DNA of 18,772 nucleotides from a virus (Duplodnaviria; Heunggongvirae; Uroviricota; Caudoviricetes): IMG/VR virus record IMGVR_UViG_2718218139_000014; one strand, 5' to 3'. Shown piece by piece: positions 16,875 to 18,772 of this stretch (position 1 is its first letter; each line of letters starts with the position of its first letter). The notes under the pieces were generated by a model. It saw only the letters and a program-made list of their open reading frames with translations, ran no database searches and was not told where the DNA came from. The position numbers and the translations under genes were made by a program.

Positions 16875-17446
16875 TGAACAACTTAATGATCGACCTTGAG
16901 ACGATGGGGAAAAATAAGGATGCACCGATCGTTTCCATTGGCGCGGTGTTCTTCACTCCAGAAACCGGAGACATCGGACAAGAATTCTATACGGTTGTCA
17001 GCCTGGACAGTGCTATGGAGCAAGGGGCCACACCTGACGGCGATACCATCCTGTGGTGGTTGAAACAAAGCCCTGAAGCACGAGCTGCAATCTGTATTGA
17101 TGATACTTTGTCGATCAGCGATGCTCTCTCAGAACTAAATCATTTCATTAACCGGCACGCAGACAATACGAAATATTTAAAAGTCTGGGGTAACGGAGCC
17201 ACCTTCGACAACGTAATTTTACGTGGAGCTTATGAGCGAGCAGGACAAATCTGCCCGTGGGCATACTGGAATGACCACGATGTACGCACGATCGTTACGC
17301 TTGGGCGTGCCATCGGATTCGACCCCAAAATGGACATGCCTTTCGATGGCGAACGGCACAACGCCCTGGCTGATGCCCGTCATCAGGCAAAATATGTTTC
17401 CGCTATCTGGCAGAAATTAATTCCTGCCACCAGCACAGAATTATGA
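16874..17446 (+). CDS. DEDDh-type 3'-5' exonuclease (DnaQ-like fold), 190 aa
   Basis: Start ATG overlapping the upstream TGA (TGATG) with AGGAGG RBS; motifs MIDLETMG (Exo I), VWGNGATFDNVIL (Exo II), HNALADARHQAKY (Exo III, H-x4-D). Confidence 0.75.
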   Translation: MNNLMIDLETMGKNKDAPIVSIGAVFFTPETGDIGQEFYTVVSLDSAMEQGATPDGDTILWWLKQSPEARAAICIDDTLSISDALSELNHFINRHADNTKYLKVWGNGATFDNVILRGAYERAGQICPWAYWNDHDVRTIVTLGRAIGFDPKMDMPFDGERHNALADARHQAKYVSAIWQKLIPATSTEL

Positions 17447-17482
17447 TCTTCCCGGGTGCAGCCGGTTTTGATGGAGAAAATT

Positions 17483-17755
17483 ATGAACACCTTGTTTTTA
17501 CTGATGGCTGAATTCAATACCCCAAACATTGAGCTGTCAGCTGTATGCCAAAAGTATTTCGGTATGAGCCCTAACACAGCAGAAGCGAAAGCAAATGCAT
17601 GCCAGTTGCCGATCCCGACTTATCGTGTTGGTACATCACAGAAAGCAAAGCGCTGCATCAACATTCAGGATCTTGCTGAATATATAGATAAACGGCGTGA
17701 AGAAGGCAGAATTGAATGGGAGAGGGTAAGAACAAATAGGAAAATAAATAACTAA
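17483..17755 (+). CDS. PrtN-like/excisionase-family small DNA-binding protein, 90 aa
   Basis: Preferred start MNTLFLLMAEF (ATG 17483, GGAG RBS 8 nt upstream); resembles pyocin-activator PrtN-type prophage proteins from memory. Confidence 0.55.
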   Translation: MNTLFLLMAEFNTPNIELSAVCQKYFGMSPNTAEAKANACQLPIPTYRVGTSQKAKRCINIQDLAEYIDKRREEGRIEWERVRTNRKINN

Positions 17756-17765
17756 TCTCACAAAA

Positions 17766-17783
17766 AACCCGCTTCGGCGGGTT
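17766..17783. terminator. Bidirectional rho-independent terminator between convergent PrtN-like and YafO-like genes
   Basis: AACCCGC-ttcg-GCGGGTT hairpin preceded by AAAAAA and followed by AGTTTT; overlaps the YafO-like stop codon. Confidence 0.55.
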
Positions 17784-18216
17784 AGTTTTCATCTTTATAA
17801 TTCTGGGCAATTCGCGCCAGATAGCTCATCACATCATGTTTTCTTGCTTTTTCATGTGCATCGGGATACATAATAGCAATGAGTGAATATTTATTCTCAT
17901 AAAGCTCACCTTGGACATACACAAGACAAGCATCATTATCAGGATCACCTTTCTTGCAGACCCTATCCGGTTGTGGAAGTTTCTCGGGAAACTTGTTTGG
18001 CGGTAGACAAAGATGGATATGCATCAACCCAGCCCGAAAAGCACCATAAGGCTGAGTATACGCAACGTCCCTACCGAAATAATGCGGAAGCTCACCGGTT
18101 GCTTTGTATCTCTTGAAATCATCAATGATAGAAGACTCTAGCTCCGGGAATTTGAGAAAAACTTCATCAAAAAATTCAGCTCTAGTTTCTGGATTAATAG
18201 AGACTTCTAGATGCAT
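17782..18216 (-). CDS. YafO-family toxin (ribosome-dependent mRNA interferase-type), 144 aa
   Basis: DDFKRYKATGELPHYFGRDVAY...HIHL...LVYVQGELYENKYSLIAIMYPDAHEKAR parallels E. coli YafO (DFISYKRDGVLPDIFGRDALY...HIHL...LVYCQG...LIAIL.PEPHKLAR) from memory. Confidence 0.75.
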   Translation of the reverse strand: MHLEVSINPETRAEFFDEVFLKFPELESSIIDDFKRYKATGELPHYFGRDVAYTQPYGAFRAGLMHIHLCLPPNKFPEKLPQPDRVCKKGDPDNDACLVYVQGELYENKYSLIAIMYPDAHEKARKHDVMSYLARIAQNYKDEN

Positions 18217-18232
18217 GGTCGTCCGCTATCGG

Positions 18233-18772
18233 TTAGTGAAATTGCATCGATTTTAGCTTATTTGATGTGTGACTAGCTAGTGCTGCAATTCCAGCAAGAT
18301 CCGCGCGCCCGCTAAAAGTAACAGTTTCTTTAAATATGCTCTTTATGTAATTGTTAAGGCGAGTGACAGATGAGCGAGCTTTAGCAATATGACGCCAGTA
18401 AACCTTCAGTTCTGACCTGATAAATTCAGGCAGAGGCGATTCAATTGTACGCTTCACTTCTTCTTCAAAAGCACGCAGGAACATTTCGCATGCCTCTGTC
18501 GTATCTGTCCCGTTTTTGGAAACAAACTCGCGAGCATCTTGGCTATTAAGATCAATCAAACAGATATAGTAGTCATCTGCTGCAATTGTTAACTTTTGCA
18601 AGATCTCCTTACCCTCTTCCATTTTGCGTGAGAATTCCTCAACAGAAGGAGAGTACTCAAAAGGTTTAGCAATCACAGGGGCTGGCTGGATGATGAACTC
18701 CTGCGCCATAGCAGCAGGACAAGCCAGAGGCCCGCACAATGCAGCAAAAGTAATGGCGTTAAACGGATTCAT
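18233..18772 (-). CDS. Unknown protein (179 aa or longer), immediately upstream partner of the YafO-like toxin gene; 5' end may lie beyond the window
   Basis: Open frame reaching the window edge (an ATG occupies the last 3 nt); stop is 16 nt upstream of the toxin start; no family recognised; does not resemble the YafN/Phd-type antitoxin in size or sequence. Confidence 0.45.
   Translation of the reverse strand: MNPFNAITFAALCGPLACPAAMAQEFIIQPAPVIAKPFEYSPSVEEFSRKMEEGKEILQKLTIAADDYYICLIDLNSQDAREFVSKNGTDTTEACEMFLRAFEEEVKRTIESPLPEFIRSELKVYWRHIAKARSSVTRLNNYIKSIFKETVTFSGRADLAGIAALASHTSNKLKSMQFH

Noticed and set aside
1-18772. CRISPR arrays, tRNA or rRNA genes
   Set aside because: No regularly spaced direct repeats and no tRNA-like or rRNA-like sequence noticed on reading; the island uses dusA rather than a tRNA gene as its insertion site.

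Overview
This window runs from conserved E. coli-type chromosomal genes (dnaB, qor, pspG, dusA; 1-4061) into a degraded, mosaic prophage/genomic island that starts immediately upstream of dusA. The island opens with a tyrosine integrase divergent from dusA, the arrangement of dusA-associated integrase elements; the integrase is split by a 1264-bp IS3-family element (IS600-like) with an intact 3-bp ATC target duplication. Next come a DinI-like gene behind two LexA boxes, three AT-rich paralogous NleG-family type III effector genes, and a lambdoid tail-fibre module (J fragment, lom, collagen-repeat Stf, plus a small stand-alone paralogue of the Stf C-terminal domain where tfa would be expected). 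A second, inverted IS600-like copy with no target duplication joins the truncated J gene to a truncated YfdQ-like gene, which looks like an IS-mediated deletion scar. To the right is a translationally coupled early-region operon (YfdR-like HD hydrolase, YfdS-like, small DNA methyltransferase moron, DUF551 protein, DEDDh exonuclease, PrtN-like), then a convergent YafO-family toxin gene preceded by an unrecognised 179-aa partner cut by the window edge. All identifications rest on reading the translations and nucleotide motifs directly; no database search was run, and family names are from memory. The items I would look at first are the NleG cluster, the Stf-domain paralogue, the YafO-like pair with its unknown partner, and the methyltransferase moron.
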